The notes: generated from the sequence alone by a model not told the origin. Counted from the stretch's first letter, positions 18,261-28,685 are shown. The stretch: DNA of 64,000 nucleotides from Ignavibacteriota bacterium (GCA_003158475.1 PMJR01000120.1:13758-77757), one strand, 5' to 3'. Numbers and translations: made by a program.

Positions 18261-19153
18261 ACGCCCCCTGCGCTTCGCACCGGCTCTGCTTCGCCGTGAT
18301 GGCTGTTGCTGTGACAGCGTGCACCGCTGCCGCACAGACGCCCCGGGGTACACTCTTTATCATCGGCGGCGGACACCGCACCACCGAGATGATGCGCCAG
18401 TTTGTGGACCTGGCAGGTGGACCCGGGAAGGCGAGACTGGTCGTGATTCCGAACGCCTCGGCTGACGGTGACACATCCTGCCGGGACATGGCAGAAGAGT
18501 TCCGTGCGCTCGGCGTCAGGACCGTGGACTGTTGTCTGCTGACGCACGAACAAGCGTCGGATCCCCGCTCTGCCGGGCAGCTTGACGGGGCGACCGGGGT
18601 CTACTTTACCGGCGGGGACCAGGTGCTCGTGACCAGGGCACTGGTCGGAACACCGGTGCACAGGAAGCTGCTGGAGTTGTATCGGGCGGGAGCAGTGATG
18701 GGGGGAACGAGTGCCGGCGCCGCCCTGATGAGCAAGGTGATGATAACGGGGGATGAGAAACTCAACAAGGATACGGTCAATGCATTCGTCTTTATAAAGA
18801 AGGACAACGTTGTTACGGTCGAGGGGATGGGTTTCCTGACGAACGCGATCATCGATCAGCATTTTGTCAGGCGGAAACGGCACAACCGGCTGATCAGCGT
18901 GGTCCTGGAGCACCCGGACCTCATCGGCGTCGGAATCGACGAAGCCACAGCGATCGTCGTTCGTGAAGGCGAACTCTTTGACGTGATCGGCCGCGGAAGC
19001 GTTGTGGTGTACGACGCGACCCGTGCAACGGGGATCAGGACCGACAGCCGGGGAAATCTGTCGGCGGAGGGCCTCTCGATGCATATACTTACCGCGGGGG
19101 ATTCGTATGAGATGAATTCGCACACCGTTCGCCCTGCGGAGGATGCCCGATGA
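18257..19153 (+). CDS. cphB: Cyanophycinase (peptidase S51, CphB/CphE-like), lipoprotein/secreted
   Basis: Collinear CphB motifs: FIIGGG, VIPNASADG, YFTGGDQVLV, GGTSAGAALM (Ser nucleophile), IDQHFVRRKRHNRLISVV...GIDEATA. Signal with lipobox VTAC. 4-nt overlap with the M20 gene. Confidence 0.8.
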   Translation: MNAPCASHRLCFAVMAVAVTACTAAAQTPRGTLFIIGGGHRTTEMMRQFVDLAGGPGKARLVVIPNASADGDTSCRDMAEEFRALGVRTVDCCLLTHEQASDPRSAGQLDGATGVYFTGGDQVLVTRALVGTPVHRKLLELYRAGAVMGGTSAGAALMSKVMITGDEKLNKDTVNAFVFIKKDNVVTVEGMGFLTNAIIDQHFVRRKRHNRLISVVLEHPDLIGVGIDEATAIVVREGELFDVIGRGSVVVYDATRATGIRTDSRGNLSAEGLSMHILTAGDSYEMNSHTVRPAEDAR

Positions 19154-20541
19154 AGGCGCGGCTTTCATTCAACACGCTCCTGATCGTCTATGGTGTCGTC
19201 CTGCTCGTCGCGCTGGCGACATGGATCGTGCCCGGGGGTGAATACCGTCGGGAAGTCAAAGACGGGAAGACTCTTGTCGTGCCCGGATCATTTGTCTACG
19301 GCGAGAGCCGGCCCCAGGGGCCTGGCGCGGTGCTTGCGGCGCCGCTCAGGGGATTCGTCGAGGCCGCAAACATTATCGCATTTCTGTTCGTCATTGGCGG
19401 ATCTTTCATGGTGATCCAGAGGACCGGGGCGATCACGGTGTCGCTTCATCGCATGGCCCTTGTGTTCGCCCGGAAGCCGCACCTTCAGAAATACTTCATC
19501 CCCGTGACCATGGTGATATTTGCGCTGGCAGGGGGACTTTTCGGCATGTGCGAGGAGACCATGCCGTTCGTGCTGATATTCATACCGCTTTCTCTCTCCC
19601 TCGGTTACGATTCACTTGTCGGCACGGCGATTCCGTTTCTGGGGGCCGCCGCAGGGTTTGCCGGGTCAGTCTTCAATCCCTTCACCGTCGGCATCGCCCA
19701 GCACATCGCCGAGCTCCCCCTCTATTCGGGGTACGAATACCGGATCGTCATCTGGGTGATCAGTACGGTCTCCATGGTCACATTCGTGATGCTGCATGCA
19801 GCCAGGGTCAGGAAGCAGCCGGAGCGGAGCCCGGTTTTTGATCTGGATCAGGAACGGAGGCGGACGCTCGAGCTTGAAGCCCGGGATGACCAGCAGATGA
19901 CACCGGGGCACAAGCTTGTCCTGGGAGCGTTCATGCTGACGCTCGTCCTCCTCGTTTACGGCGTCCTCCGCCACGGCTGGTACATCACGGAGATTGGTGC
20001 ACTGTTCCTCGGGCTCGGGCTTTTCGCCGGTCCGCTCGGCGGCCTGTCTCTGGCAAAATCGGCGGATGCTTTCAAGGAGGGTGCCCGCGACATGACGGGG
20101 GTCGCTCTTATTATCGGGTGCGCGCGCGCAATTCTCGTCGTTGCCGGCGACGGCAGGATCATTGATGTGCTCCTCTACTCGGTTGCGAGCACCATCGCCG
20201 GCCTTCACCCCATCCTCGCGTCGCAGGCCATGTTCGTCGCGCAGGGGGTTATCAACTTTTTCGTCCATTCCGGGTCGGGCCAGGCGGCCCTGACGATGCC
20301 TGTGATGGCTCCGCTGGCGGACGTCGTGGGGATCTCCCGGCAGACGGCGGTCCTGGCATTTCAGTTCGGGGAGGGATGGATCAATCCCATTCTCCCCACC
20401 TCCGGCGTCACGATGGGCGTGCTCGGGCTTGCGGGGATCTCCTGGGACCGCTGGTTCAGATGGATGCTCCCGGTGCAGGTGTATTTTTTCGTTCTCGCGC
20501 TTGTGTTGTTGATACCACCCTTTCTGTTTCATTACCACTAG
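19150..20541 (+). CDS. YfcC/DcuC-like family membrane transporter (putative basic amino acid/dipeptide carrier)
   Basis: 463 aa polytopic membrane protein. Overlaps the cyanophycinase stop by 4 nt. Confidence 0.7.
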   Translation: MKARLSFNTLLIVYGVVLLVALATWIVPGGEYRREVKDGKTLVVPGSFVYGESRPQGPGAVLAAPLRGFVEAANIIAFLFVIGGSFMVIQRTGAITVSLHRMALVFARKPHLQKYFIPVTMVIFALAGGLFGMCEETMPFVLIFIPLSLSLGYDSLVGTAIPFLGAAAGFAGSVFNPFTVGIAQHIAELPLYSGYEYRIVIWVISTVSMVTFVMLHAARVRKQPERSPVFDLDQERRRTLELEARDDQQMTPGHKLVLGAFMLTLVLLVYGVLRHGWYITEIGALFLGLGLFAGPLGGLSLAKSADAFKEGARDMTGVALIIGCARAILVVAGDGRIIDVLLYSVASTIAGLHPILASQAMFVAQGVINFFVHSGSGQAALTMPVMAPLADVVGISRQTAVLAFQFGEGWINPILPTSGVTMGVLGLAGISWDRWFRWMLPVQVYFFVLALVLLIPPFLFHYH

Positions 20542-20578
20542 CTCACCATTTCTCCAATCACTCCCGCAAGGAGGTGTT

Positions 20579-21715
20579 ATGAAACGATTCATTGCTACCG
20601 CGGCGGTTGTCCTGGCGCTGCTCTCATGCGACTACGCGCATGCGCAGGTGTACGGCCAGGGAAACGGGTTCGGCTACAGCCTGAACAAATACGGACGTGT
20701 CCGCATCTATACGCCAGACACGAACGGGACCACCCAATTGAACCGGGCGTCCATTCTTCTGGCGCTCAGCAAGACGAACGTGGGCGATTATACGGAAGAT
20801 GCCAACGCCGTGTCCGGACCGGCAATCACAGCCGACGGTCCCAGCCCCCGGACTGCGACGGTCCTGTTCGACAATTCGTACAATCTCCAGCAGCCAAAGG
20901 CCAAGGTCCGCCTGTCGACCTACACATGGCCGAACGATGCGTTTCTGATCGCCCGCTACACCGTTATCAATGATACGACAATCAGCTATCCCCTCTACCT
21001 GGGGCTTGCGGTGTCGCCCGAGCCCGGCGGGACATACGGCGGCGAGACCGTGACTTATGACGCCACAAAAAAAGTCGCTTACTTCTTCGTGTCGGGGACC
21101 GCGATGTACATGGGGGTCAAGCTGGTGAGCGGTTCACCCTATTCTTTCCACGTGCTTGACTATGGCGTGTATTCGCCGTCAGATCCAAGTTCCGACGCCG
21201 CCGACGATTCGACACGATACAATATGACAGCGCTTCCCGGATTCGATAATTCGCTCACGGTCGGCGCGAACGGATCGATCTACAATCTGAACGTCGGCGC
21301 GGTGACGATCGCCCACGGTGACTCCTCGACGTTCAGCGTCGCCTACGTCTGGGGGACCACGTTGAGCGCCATGCAGGCCGCGGCTGATTCGGCCGATGCG
21401 CGCTACAAGAAGGTGTTCACATCGATCCTGCAGACATCTCAGGCCGTTCCTCAGAGGACATCGCTCCTTCAGAACTACCCGAATCCCTTCAACCCGGCGA
21501 CCCTGATTGAGTTCCAGCTCCATCACGCAGGGGAAGTGTCGTTGAGAGTCTATGACGTCCTCGGGCGGGAAGTCGCCGTGCTTGCGAACGGCACGCTGAA
21601 TGCAGGGACGTACCGCGTCCCCTTCGACGGGCGCCAGCTTGCAAGCGGCATCTACTACTACAGGCTCGTCGCAGGTTCATTCACCGACTCGAAGCGCATG
21701 TTGCTCGTGAAATAA
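20579..21715 (+). CDS. Secreted hypothetical protein with T9SS (Por) C-terminal sorting domain
   Basis: Signal peptide. C-terminal LQNYPNPFNPATLIEFQL...GIYYYRLVAGSFTDSKRMLLVK. Confidence 0.7.
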   Translation: MKRFIATAAVVLALLSCDYAHAQVYGQGNGFGYSLNKYGRVRIYTPDTNGTTQLNRASILLALSKTNVGDYTEDANAVSGPAITADGPSPRTATVLFDNSYNLQQPKAKVRLSTYTWPNDAFLIARYTVINDTTISYPLYLGLAVSPEPGGTYGGETVTYDATKKVAYFFVSGTAMYMGVKLVSGSPYSFHVLDYGVYSPSDPSSDAADDSTRYNMTALPGFDNSLTVGANGSIYNLNVGAVTIAHGDSSTFSVAYVWGTTLSAMQAAADSADARYKKVFTSILQTSQAVPQRTSLLQNYPNPFNPATLIEFQLHHAGEVSLRVYDVLGREVAVLANGTLNAGTYRVPFDGRQLASGIYYYRLVAGSFTDSKRMLLVK

Positions 21716-21718
21716 CCG

Positions 21719-22609
21719 ATGAAACGGGCAGGCGGGAACGGGGCAGAGGAGCGGCGCGGATCGCCGGACCTGGAAGCACTCATCCAGCGGAAGTACCCCG
21801 AGCTTCCGGAGAACCAGCGCAAAGTGGCTGATTTTCTCGTCCAGCATATCCGCGAGGCGCCGTTTCTCTCCGTCATGGAGATCGAAGACCGAAGCGGGGC
21901 CAGCAAGGCGACTGTCGTCAGGCTGGCCCAGAGCCTCGGGTTCTCGGGCTTCCTCGAAATGCGCGGGAAGCTTATAAAACGCGTTCAGTCCCAGATGCGG
22001 ATTACGGAGATGTTTCCCCTGCTCCCGCGGACGAGCCGAGAGGAAACGCTCACGGCGGTCGCCGACCAGGATGTCAGGAACATCAACGAGACGATCAACC
22101 AGCTGGACCGGAAGGTCTTCGCGGACGTTGCACGGATGATTCTCAGTGCCGCGCGCGTGTATACGCTCGGCCTGGGAATCTCCTCGCTCATGGCCAGGAT
22201 CCTCGCGTACTCGCTCAGCCAGGTGGCGATCCGGTCGACGTCGCTCGTGCATGACTATGAGACCTTCATCGAACAGATCCACCAGTTCGACCGCTCGGAT
22301 CTGATCATCGCGTTCTCGTTCCCTCCGTATTCGAAGGAGACGATCGAGGTTGCCAGGGCGGCCGCAAAGAGGAAAACAACGATCGTCGCGGTAACCGACA
22401 GGGTGACATCCCCTGTGAGCGTGTACGCCGCACGCGTGCTCCCTGTCGTCAGCCAGAACATGCTGTTCACAAATTCTTTCTCCGCCATTTCCGTTATAAT
22501 TAATGCCCTCACCACGGAGGTCGCTCTCCTGAACAAGGCGAAAGCATTGAAGAACCTGAGGGAGTGCGAGAGACTGCTCGAACGAACGGGACACTACTAC
22601 GCAGGGTAG
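21719..22609 (+). CDS. RpiR/MurR family transcriptional regulator (HTH plus SIS domain)
   Basis: HTH (FLSVMEIEDRSGASKATVVRLAQSLGFSG) and a SIS sugar-isomerase fold region. The antisense 330-aa ORF was rejected. Confidence 0.8.
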   Translation: MKRAGGNGAEERRGSPDLEALIQRKYPELPENQRKVADFLVQHIREAPFLSVMEIEDRSGASKATVVRLAQSLGFSGFLEMRGKLIKRVQSQMRITEMFPLLPRTSREETLTAVADQDVRNINETINQLDRKVFADVARMILSAARVYTLGLGISSLMARILAYSLSQVAIRSTSLVHDYETFIEQIHQFDRSDLIIAFSFPPYSKETIEVARAAAKRKTTIVAVTDRVTSPVSVYAARVLPVVSQNMLFTNSFSAISVIINALTTEVALLNKAKALKNLRECERLLERTGHYYAG

Positions 22610-22619
22610 AGGAATCGCC

Positions 22620-25082
22620 ATGAAACCAACCCTTTGCCTTTTCCTGGTCCTCCTCGCGGGGGCCGGCACGCTGATTGCGGGAACAACAGGGAAGATCAGC
22701 GGTCACATCACGGACGCAGGAAGCGGTGAATCACTTGTCGGTGCAAACATGGCCCTCGTCGGCGCGCCGCTCGGGGCGTCGACGGGCACCGACGGGACCT
22801 ATGTCATACTGAACATCCCGCCGGGAACGTACGATCTGCGGGTGACGCTCGTGGGCTACGGCCCCACGCTGATCAAGGGTGTGCGGATCGTGGCCGACCA
22901 GACGACGACACTTGACGCGAAGCTCGAGGTTGCAGCGGTGGGACTGGCGGAGGTGGTGATCCAGGCCGAGCGGCCGATGGTACAGAAGGACGCGACGGCC
23001 ACAATCGCCGTCATCAACAGCGAACAGATCAAGATGATGCCGGTGAAGGACTTCGTGGAGGTGCTCCAGATGCAGTCGGGTGTGGTGGCTGACGGCAGGA
23101 ACCTCTATGTGCGGGGGGGCCGCTCGAACGAAGTTGCCTATCTCATCGACGGCATGTACGTCAAGGACCCGGTCCTGGGGACTTCGGGGACGAGGATCCA
23201 CAACGAAGCCATTTCGGAGCTGGTGTTTCTCGACGGGTCGTTCAATGCCGAGTACGGGAATGCGCTCAGCGGAGTTGTCAACATCGTGACGAAGGAGGGG
23301 GGGAAGGACTTTACAGGGTTGCTCGAAGGCCGCACGAGTGAATTCGGCATCAGTCCTTACAATCAATACCGGGAGGACCGGGTCGCGGCATTGATCAGCG
23401 GCCCGATTGCGGGTGATAACCTGAACTTCTTTGCAAGCGGCGAACGGGACGCCCGGGGAAGCTGGCTCCCCTTCGGCTACGACCGGACACTCTCCTTCAT
23501 CGGGAAAGTCAGCGGAACACTCATTCCCGGGTTTAAGACAACCCTGACGGGGAGGTACAGCGCGAACGACAACCGGCCGTACGATCAGAGCTGGAAATAC
23601 ATCGGCAATCAATACCTGAAGGTCCGGGAAAAGAGCAGGCAGACTCTCCTCACTGTCACACACACGGTTCTTCCGAATCTTTTCTACGACGTGCGGTTGT
23701 CGTATTTTAACCAGTCGTACTATTCGGGGATCGACAAGGATACCTCGCAGTATCTCTCCACGGGGAGCCGGCAGTACTTCCGGAACGCCGGGCTGGGGAC
23801 CGAGTTCTATTCCCTGGCGGATCCGGTTGAAGTCACCGATAACCGGACGGAGACGTTCAACGTCCGGGGAGACCTCACCTGGCAGATCGGGCGCAATAAC
23901 GAGGTACGCACGGGTTTCGACTTCAAGAAACACAACCTTTCCTATTTCGACGTCTACGATCCCAAGCGGGTCGCTCCGTATGTCACGGATTTCGACAAAC
24001 ACCCGGTCGAGGGGGCGGCCTACATCCAGGACAAGATCGAAATGAGCTCGCTCGTCGTCAGCCTCGGGCTCCGGTTCGATTATGCCGATCAAAGGGCGCC
24101 CTTCCGGAGCAACCCTCTCGACCCCGCATCGATCGTCCCCTCGAAGGCGAAGACACAGTGGAGTCCGCGTCTCGGCGTCGCCCACCCGATAAGCGACCGG
24201 ACGGCACTCCACTTCTCGTACGGACATTTCTTTCAGAATCCCGACTACGAGCGCCTGTATGAAAATTCGCAGTATGACGTCCACGTCAACCAGCCGATCT
24301 TCGGCCAGCCGGATCTCAATGCCGAGAGGACGACGGAATACGAGGTGGGCATCACGCATCAGTTCAGCCCGACATTTACCGCCTCTTTTACCGCCTATTA
24401 CAAGGATATTACCGGCCTCATAGGAACGATGTATTACCCGCCGTTCCAGGATGGGAGATATGTCGGCTACTACCTGTACGTCAATGAGGCATATGCCAAC
24501 GACAAGGGTTTTGAGACCCGCCTGACCATGCGAAGGTCGAAGTATCTGGCGGGATCGCTCACGTATACCTACTCGGTGGCGAAAGGGAGCGCATCGTCCG
24601 AGCTGGAGAACTATCCCAGTACGACGCAATCCACGCTTCTGTACCCGCTGAATCAGGACAGGACGCATCTCCTGAACGCCAACGTCAGCGTGATGTTCCC
24701 CGCCGACGACGGCCCTTCCATGTTCGGATCGTATCCTCTGGAAAACACGTACTGGAACGTGATCATCCGCGTCAACAGCGGGGCGCCGTACACGCCATCG
24801 AGCAGACGCAGCAGCTTCATCCCGATCAATTCCGCCCGCATGCCGACGACGTACTCCATCGATCTCGAATTCGGAAAATCGTGGAAGTTCGGCCAGTTTG
24901 GGTTCGAACCGTTCGTGGAAATTCTCAACCTTACGGACCACAAAAATGTCCTGTATGTCTGGCCGGACACCGGCGAACCCGACGTCACATTTGATACCGC
25001 CCACTCGACAGAATACCTCCAGGACCCGAGTAACTACGGGCCCCCGCGGCGAATCCGGATCGGCGCACGGCTGACGCTGTGA
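22620..25082 (+). CDS. TonB-dependent receptor-like OM protein with N-terminal carboxypeptidase-regulatory-like domain and plug
   Basis: Signal peptide. CarbopepD_reg-like (ISGHITDAGSGESLVGANMAL...TYDLRVTLVGY). Plug (NLYVRGGRSNEVAYLIDGMYV). Long beta-barrel. Confidence 0.75.
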   Translation: MKPTLCLFLVLLAGAGTLIAGTTGKISGHITDAGSGESLVGANMALVGAPLGASTGTDGTYVILNIPPGTYDLRVTLVGYGPTLIKGVRIVADQTTTLDAKLEVAAVGLAEVVIQAERPMVQKDATATIAVINSEQIKMMPVKDFVEVLQMQSGVVADGRNLYVRGGRSNEVAYLIDGMYVKDPVLGTSGTRIHNEAISELVFLDGSFNAEYGNALSGVVNIVTKEGGKDFTGLLEGRTSEFGISPYNQYREDRVAALISGPIAGDNLNFFASGERDARGSWLPFGYDRTLSFIGKVSGTLIPGFKTTLTGRYSANDNRPYDQSWKYIGNQYLKVREKSRQTLLTVTHTVLPNLFYDVRLSYFNQSYYSGIDKDTSQYLSTGSRQYFRNAGLGTEFYSLADPVEVTDNRTETFNVRGDLTWQIGRNNEVRTGFDFKKHNLSYFDVYDPKRVAPYVTDFDKHPVEGAAYIQDKIEMSSLVVSLGLRFDYADQRAPFRSNPLDPASIVPSKAKTQWSPRLGVAHPISDRTALHFSYGHFFQNPDYERLYENSQYDVHVNQPIFGQPDLNAERTTEYEVGITHQFSPTFTASFTAYYKDITGLIGTMYYPPFQDGRYVGYYLYVNEAYANDKGFETRLTMRRSKYLAGSLTYTYSVAKGSASSELENYPSTTQSTLLYPLNQDRTHLLNANVSVMFPADDGPSMFGSYPLENTYWNVIIRVNSGAPYTPSSRRSSFIPINSARMPTTYSIDLEFGKSWKFGQFGFEPFVEILNLTDHKNVLYVWPDTGEPDVTFDTAHSTEYLQDPSNYGPPRRIRIGARLTL

Positions 25083-25144
25083 GCCACGCACGCGGTGTTC
25101 GACCGTCAGCGGCTTCATCCCCAGGCGCGAAAGGACAATCAATC

Positions 25145-27676
25145 ATGACAATGAGCTCTCACGGAAGATCCAGTGCCGCGATCGCACGCTGCGCCCTGTG
25201 TCTCGTGTGGTGCCTGGCCTTCACTCCGGGGCGCGCAGACGCACAGGAGAAGAAAAACAGGAAGGAGGACGAGAGGCCCCTGACGGTGCAGAAGTCCTCC
25301 GACATACTCGACCGCGCAGGCGGGGCGCATACGAAGAGCAACATCGGCTCCTATTTCGTGAACAGGGGAAAACTCTACGCATCGGACTACTCGCAGGGTC
25401 CGACGTTCGAGTGGCCGATCGGATCCACGCATGAGTTCGTCTACCGGGCGAACCCCTACGTCGGCATTCCGGGCAACGTGGTCCAGGGTAGGTTCTACAG
25501 CCACTCGGAATGGGAGGCGGCGGCCGGATACAACAACCGCGATAGCGCACAACCGGCATTCAGCGACAGGCCCTACACGTGGCCGGCAGGCGGATGGCCG
25601 GTGAAGGACGCGTCCGGGAAGCCTGTTTTTGTCTCGAACCAGGACAGCTACTGCGTGTACAACGATTCGCTGAACACCGTGGGGATACTCAACCTTCAGA
25701 TAAACCAGACCGGCTATGCCTTCAGCCAGAAGAACGTTCGTGACATGGTCATCTACATTTTCGATGTCACGAACCGGTCGACCCGGACCTACGACAGTGT
25801 CTACTTCGGCGTCTATGCCGATATCTCCTGCGGTGGATCCGACAAGGTGCAGGATTACGGGCACCGCCGGATGGTGTTCGATAAGTCGCTGAACCGGCTC
25901 TACCTGTACAAGCCCAGCGGTGTCTCGTTTCAGTGGAATGGCGCGCCGAGCGGCTACTTCGGAGTGATTCTGATGCAAACGCCAAAGGTCAACGGCACAC
26001 AACTCGGTATCACCGACTGGCATTATAATCACTATGCGGATGATCAGGACCAGGACTGGGTGCAGTACGGTACACTCTCCAGTTCGCCGGCCCTTTTTAC
26101 AGACATACTCGGCCCGAAGTTCTTCCACCCCGGGGCGAACGCCCCCGATCTTCACTATGACGACCCGGCGACGATCCCGGCGGACGGCGATGATATCGTT
26201 TCCACGATGGGATCGGGTCCGTACAGGCTTGCACCCGGTGATACGCTCAGGTTCATCACTGCGTGGGTGGCGGCGGGAACGGCGTCCGATATGGACCAGA
26301 TTACCTCCAATGCGTACAAACTGCTGGCGCAGGAGTTCGTCACTTCGAAACCCCCCGGGGCTCCGAAGGTGACGGCTGTTCCCGGGGACAGGAAGGTCCT
26401 CCTGACGTGGGACAACACGGCGGAGAGCTCGCGTGACATTTTCACGAACGCGGTCAACTTCGAAGGGTACCACCTGTACAAGAGCGTCGACAAGGGGCAG
26501 CACTGGGATCAGATCGATCGGAACTCCGTGGCAATCGGTCCGGACCCTGTTCCGCTTGCATCCTTTGACAAAATCGACGGCATGGGAAAGGAGACCGGCC
26601 TCCAGTACAGCTTCATCGATTCGAATGTGACGAACGGATTTGAATACTGGTATTCGGTAACGGGATACACGGTGCCGGATGCAGACAATGCTGTCCTGGA
26701 AACTCCCCTTGGACGCGCGGGGGATAACAATGTGGGAGTCGCGGTCCCCCGATCCACGGCAACAGCCCGAACACCTGTCGGGACGACCCCGGTGCAGAAG
26801 ACCGGGACCGGAACGGCAAACGTCCTCTTCCGCGTCACTGCGCTTGATATCCCTCCGGCAGGCGGACTCACGTACGACGTAAGCTTCGCGCCCGCTGCAA
26901 CCCTGGAGCAAGGCAACCCGCGGATGACGGTGCAGGTCGGCATCGATTCCGTCGGGTTGCGGACCTCGGAGACATACAGCCTCGCGTTTGCCTCGCCGAC
27001 GCAGTTCGTGCTGCGAAATCTGACCGAGAAGACGGTCCTCATCGCGTCCGGCACATTGACATCGGGTGCGCCAATCCTCTTTGAAGGGATCCGTCTGACC
27101 GTGACGGTGGCCTCCGCGTCCCCGGCGGATCTTCCCAAACAGGGGGATTCGCTCGTGGTGTGCCCCGGCGTGAAGGTCGACGTCACGGGGCAGCAGAATG
27201 TCCTGCCGCTGCAGCCGTTTGAGTACGGGACCGCCTATGCCACGTCCAACGGCGTGGTGTTCTCGATCACGCCGGCCGACACGTTCGCGCAAAGCCGGAT
27301 CACGTACCGGGACCGTTACAGCTTCACGACAACCGCAGCCGCGCTGAGTCCCGCCGCGACCACTGACGACCTGGGGAAAATCAAGGTGGTGCCGAACCCG
27401 TACATCGTGTCTTCCCGGTACGAGCAGGAATTTGGGATTCTTCGCAAAGAGCCGCTCCGGCAACTCAAGTTCAACAACCTGCCGGCGAAATGCACGATCT
27501 ATATCTTCTCCCTGGCAGGCGACAAGGTCCAGACCATTGAGCACTACAGCGACAATGGCACGGAAACATGGGACATGCGCACGGCGGGGAACCGTGAGAT
27601 CGCCCCCGGGGTGTACATCTACCTCGTGAAGACGGATACAGCCGAGAAGACCGGCCGCTTTGCGGTGATCAAATAG
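25145..27676 (+). CDS. Large secreted protein (about 840 aa) with FN3-like module and T9SS-type C-terminal beta-sandwich domain
   Basis: RBS aaagga plus ATG 25145. Signal AAIARCALCLVWCLAFTPGRADAQ. FN3-like PGAPKVTAVPGDRKVLLTWDNT. C-terminal KIKVVPNPYIV...GVYIYLVKTDTAEKTGRFAVIK. Confidence 0.65.
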   Translation: MTMSSHGRSSAAIARCALCLVWCLAFTPGRADAQEKKNRKEDERPLTVQKSSDILDRAGGAHTKSNIGSYFVNRGKLYASDYSQGPTFEWPIGSTHEFVYRANPYVGIPGNVVQGRFYSHSEWEAAAGYNNRDSAQPAFSDRPYTWPAGGWPVKDASGKPVFVSNQDSYCVYNDSLNTVGILNLQINQTGYAFSQKNVRDMVIYIFDVTNRSTRTYDSVYFGVYADISCGGSDKVQDYGHRRMVFDKSLNRLYLYKPSGVSFQWNGAPSGYFGVILMQTPKVNGTQLGITDWHYNHYADDQDQDWVQYGTLSSSPALFTDILGPKFFHPGANAPDLHYDDPATIPADGDDIVSTMGSGPYRLAPGDTLRFITAWVAAGTASDMDQITSNAYKLLAQEFVTSKPPGAPKVTAVPGDRKVLLTWDNTAESSRDIFTNAVNFEGYHLYKSVDKGQHWDQIDRNSVAIGPDPVPLASFDKIDGMGKETGLQYSFIDSNVTNGFEYWYSVTGYTVPDADNAVLETPLGRAGDNNVGVAVPRSTATARTPVGTTPVQKTGTGTANVLFRVTALDIPPAGGLTYDVSFAPAATLEQGNPRMTVQVGIDSVGLRTSETYSLAFASPTQFVLRNLTEKTVLIASGTLTSGAPILFEGIRLTVTVASASPADLPKQGDSLVVCPGVKVDVTGQQNVLPLQPFEYGTAYATSNGVVFSITPADTFAQSRITYRDRYSFTTTAAALSPAATTDDLGKIKVVPNPYIVSSRYEQEFGILRKEPLRQLKFNNLPAKCTIYIFSLAGDKVQTIEHYSDNGTETWDMRTAGNREIAPGVYIYLVKTDTAEKTGRFAVIK

Positions 27677-27680
27677 GAGG

Positions 27681-28685
27681 ATGGCCATGAAGAGAGTGAT
27701 TCTTCTTGCCCTCGCGATCGCACTCTGCCAGGTTCAAACGAGAGCGCAGAATCCGAATATCGGGACAGCAGGAGCACAGTTCCTGAAAATCCCGGTCGGT
27801 CCCCGGGCGGCGGCCATGGCCGGCGCGTTCGTGTCCAACACCGATGACGCGTCTTCACTCTTCTGGAACCCGGCCGGGATCGTCGGCGTGAAATCCGGCG
27901 CGCTGTTTGCCGCGCATACCGACTGGTGGGAAACGATCAAGCTGAACCACGCCGCGCTTGTGGAGTCGTTCGAGGACATCGGCTCATTCGGCGTCTCCGT
28001 CACGGTGCTTTCGATGGGCGAAATGGAGGTCACGACCGAAGATCAACCTGAGGGGACCGGCCAGTCATTCGACGCACAGGACGTGATGATCGGCGTCAGC
28101 TATGCCCGGAGGCTGACAAATGAATTCAGCGTCGGCATCACTGCGAAGTACGTGCAGCAGCGGATCTGGAACGAATCGGCGAGCGCCATCGCGTTTGATA
28201 TCGGGACCCAGTACCGCATCGGGTTCCGGGATCTGACCATCGGCATGAGCATGATGAATTTCGGCGGCAACATGACGTACGCCGGTCCGGACCTCGGGGT
28301 CAAATACACCGTGGACCCGAACAATGCCGGCGTGCGTCTTGCACCGGCCAATCTTGCCCCGGATGACTATCCACTCCCCCTTCATTTCCAGGTCGGGGTT
28401 TCGATGTCTCCGTATACCAGCGAGAACTTTTCGATGCTGCTTGCGGTCGATGTTGCGCACCCGAACGACAACCAGGAGGAGGTGAATGTCGGGACGGAGT
28501 TGACCATTCTCCGCCAGTTCTTCCTCCGCGGGGGGTACCGGTTCGGGTACGACATCGAGAAGGCAACGTTCGGTGCCGGCGTGGCTCTCCCGCTCGGCGG
28601 CCTCAACCTGACCGTCGACTACGCCTATGCGATGTACAACCTGCTTCCCAACATCAGCCGGATCTCGGTCGGCATGGCGTTCTGA
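27681..28685 (+). CDS. PorV/PorQ family (T9SS-associated FadL-like OM protein)
   Basis: Signal peptide. N-terminal GTAGAQFLKIPVGPRAAAMAGAFVSNTDDASSLFWNPAGI signature. Ends MAF. Confidence 0.6.
   Translation: MAMKRVILLALAIALCQVQTRAQNPNIGTAGAQFLKIPVGPRAAAMAGAFVSNTDDASSLFWNPAGIVGVKSGALFAAHTDWWETIKLNHAALVESFEDIGSFGVSVTVLSMGEMEVTTEDQPEGTGQSFDAQDVMIGVSYARRLTNEFSVGITAKYVQQRIWNESASAIAFDIGTQYRIGFRDLTIGMSMMNFGGNMTYAGPDLGVKYTVDPNNAGVRLAPANLAPDDYPLPLHFQVGVSMSPYTSENFSMLLAVDVAHPNDNQEEVNVGTELTILRQFFLRGGYRFGYDIEKATFGAGVALPLGGLNLTVDYAYAMYNLLPNISRISVGMAF

Noticed and set aside
17679-20592. Minus ORFs 17679..18353, 18089..19168 and 19666..20592
   Set aside because: Antisense to the M20 peptidase, cyanophycinase and YfcC genes, which have strong homology-type motifs on the plus strand.
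21677-22669. 330-aa minus ORF
   Set aside because: Antisense to the RpiR/SIS regulator, which has clear HTH and SIS motifs.
22731-27688. 803-aa and 849-aa minus ORFs (22731..25142, 25139..27688)
   Set aside because: Antisense to the TonB-dependent receptor and the large T9SS cargo. They are Arg/Gly/Pro-rich low-complexity translations typical of GC-rich antisense frames.
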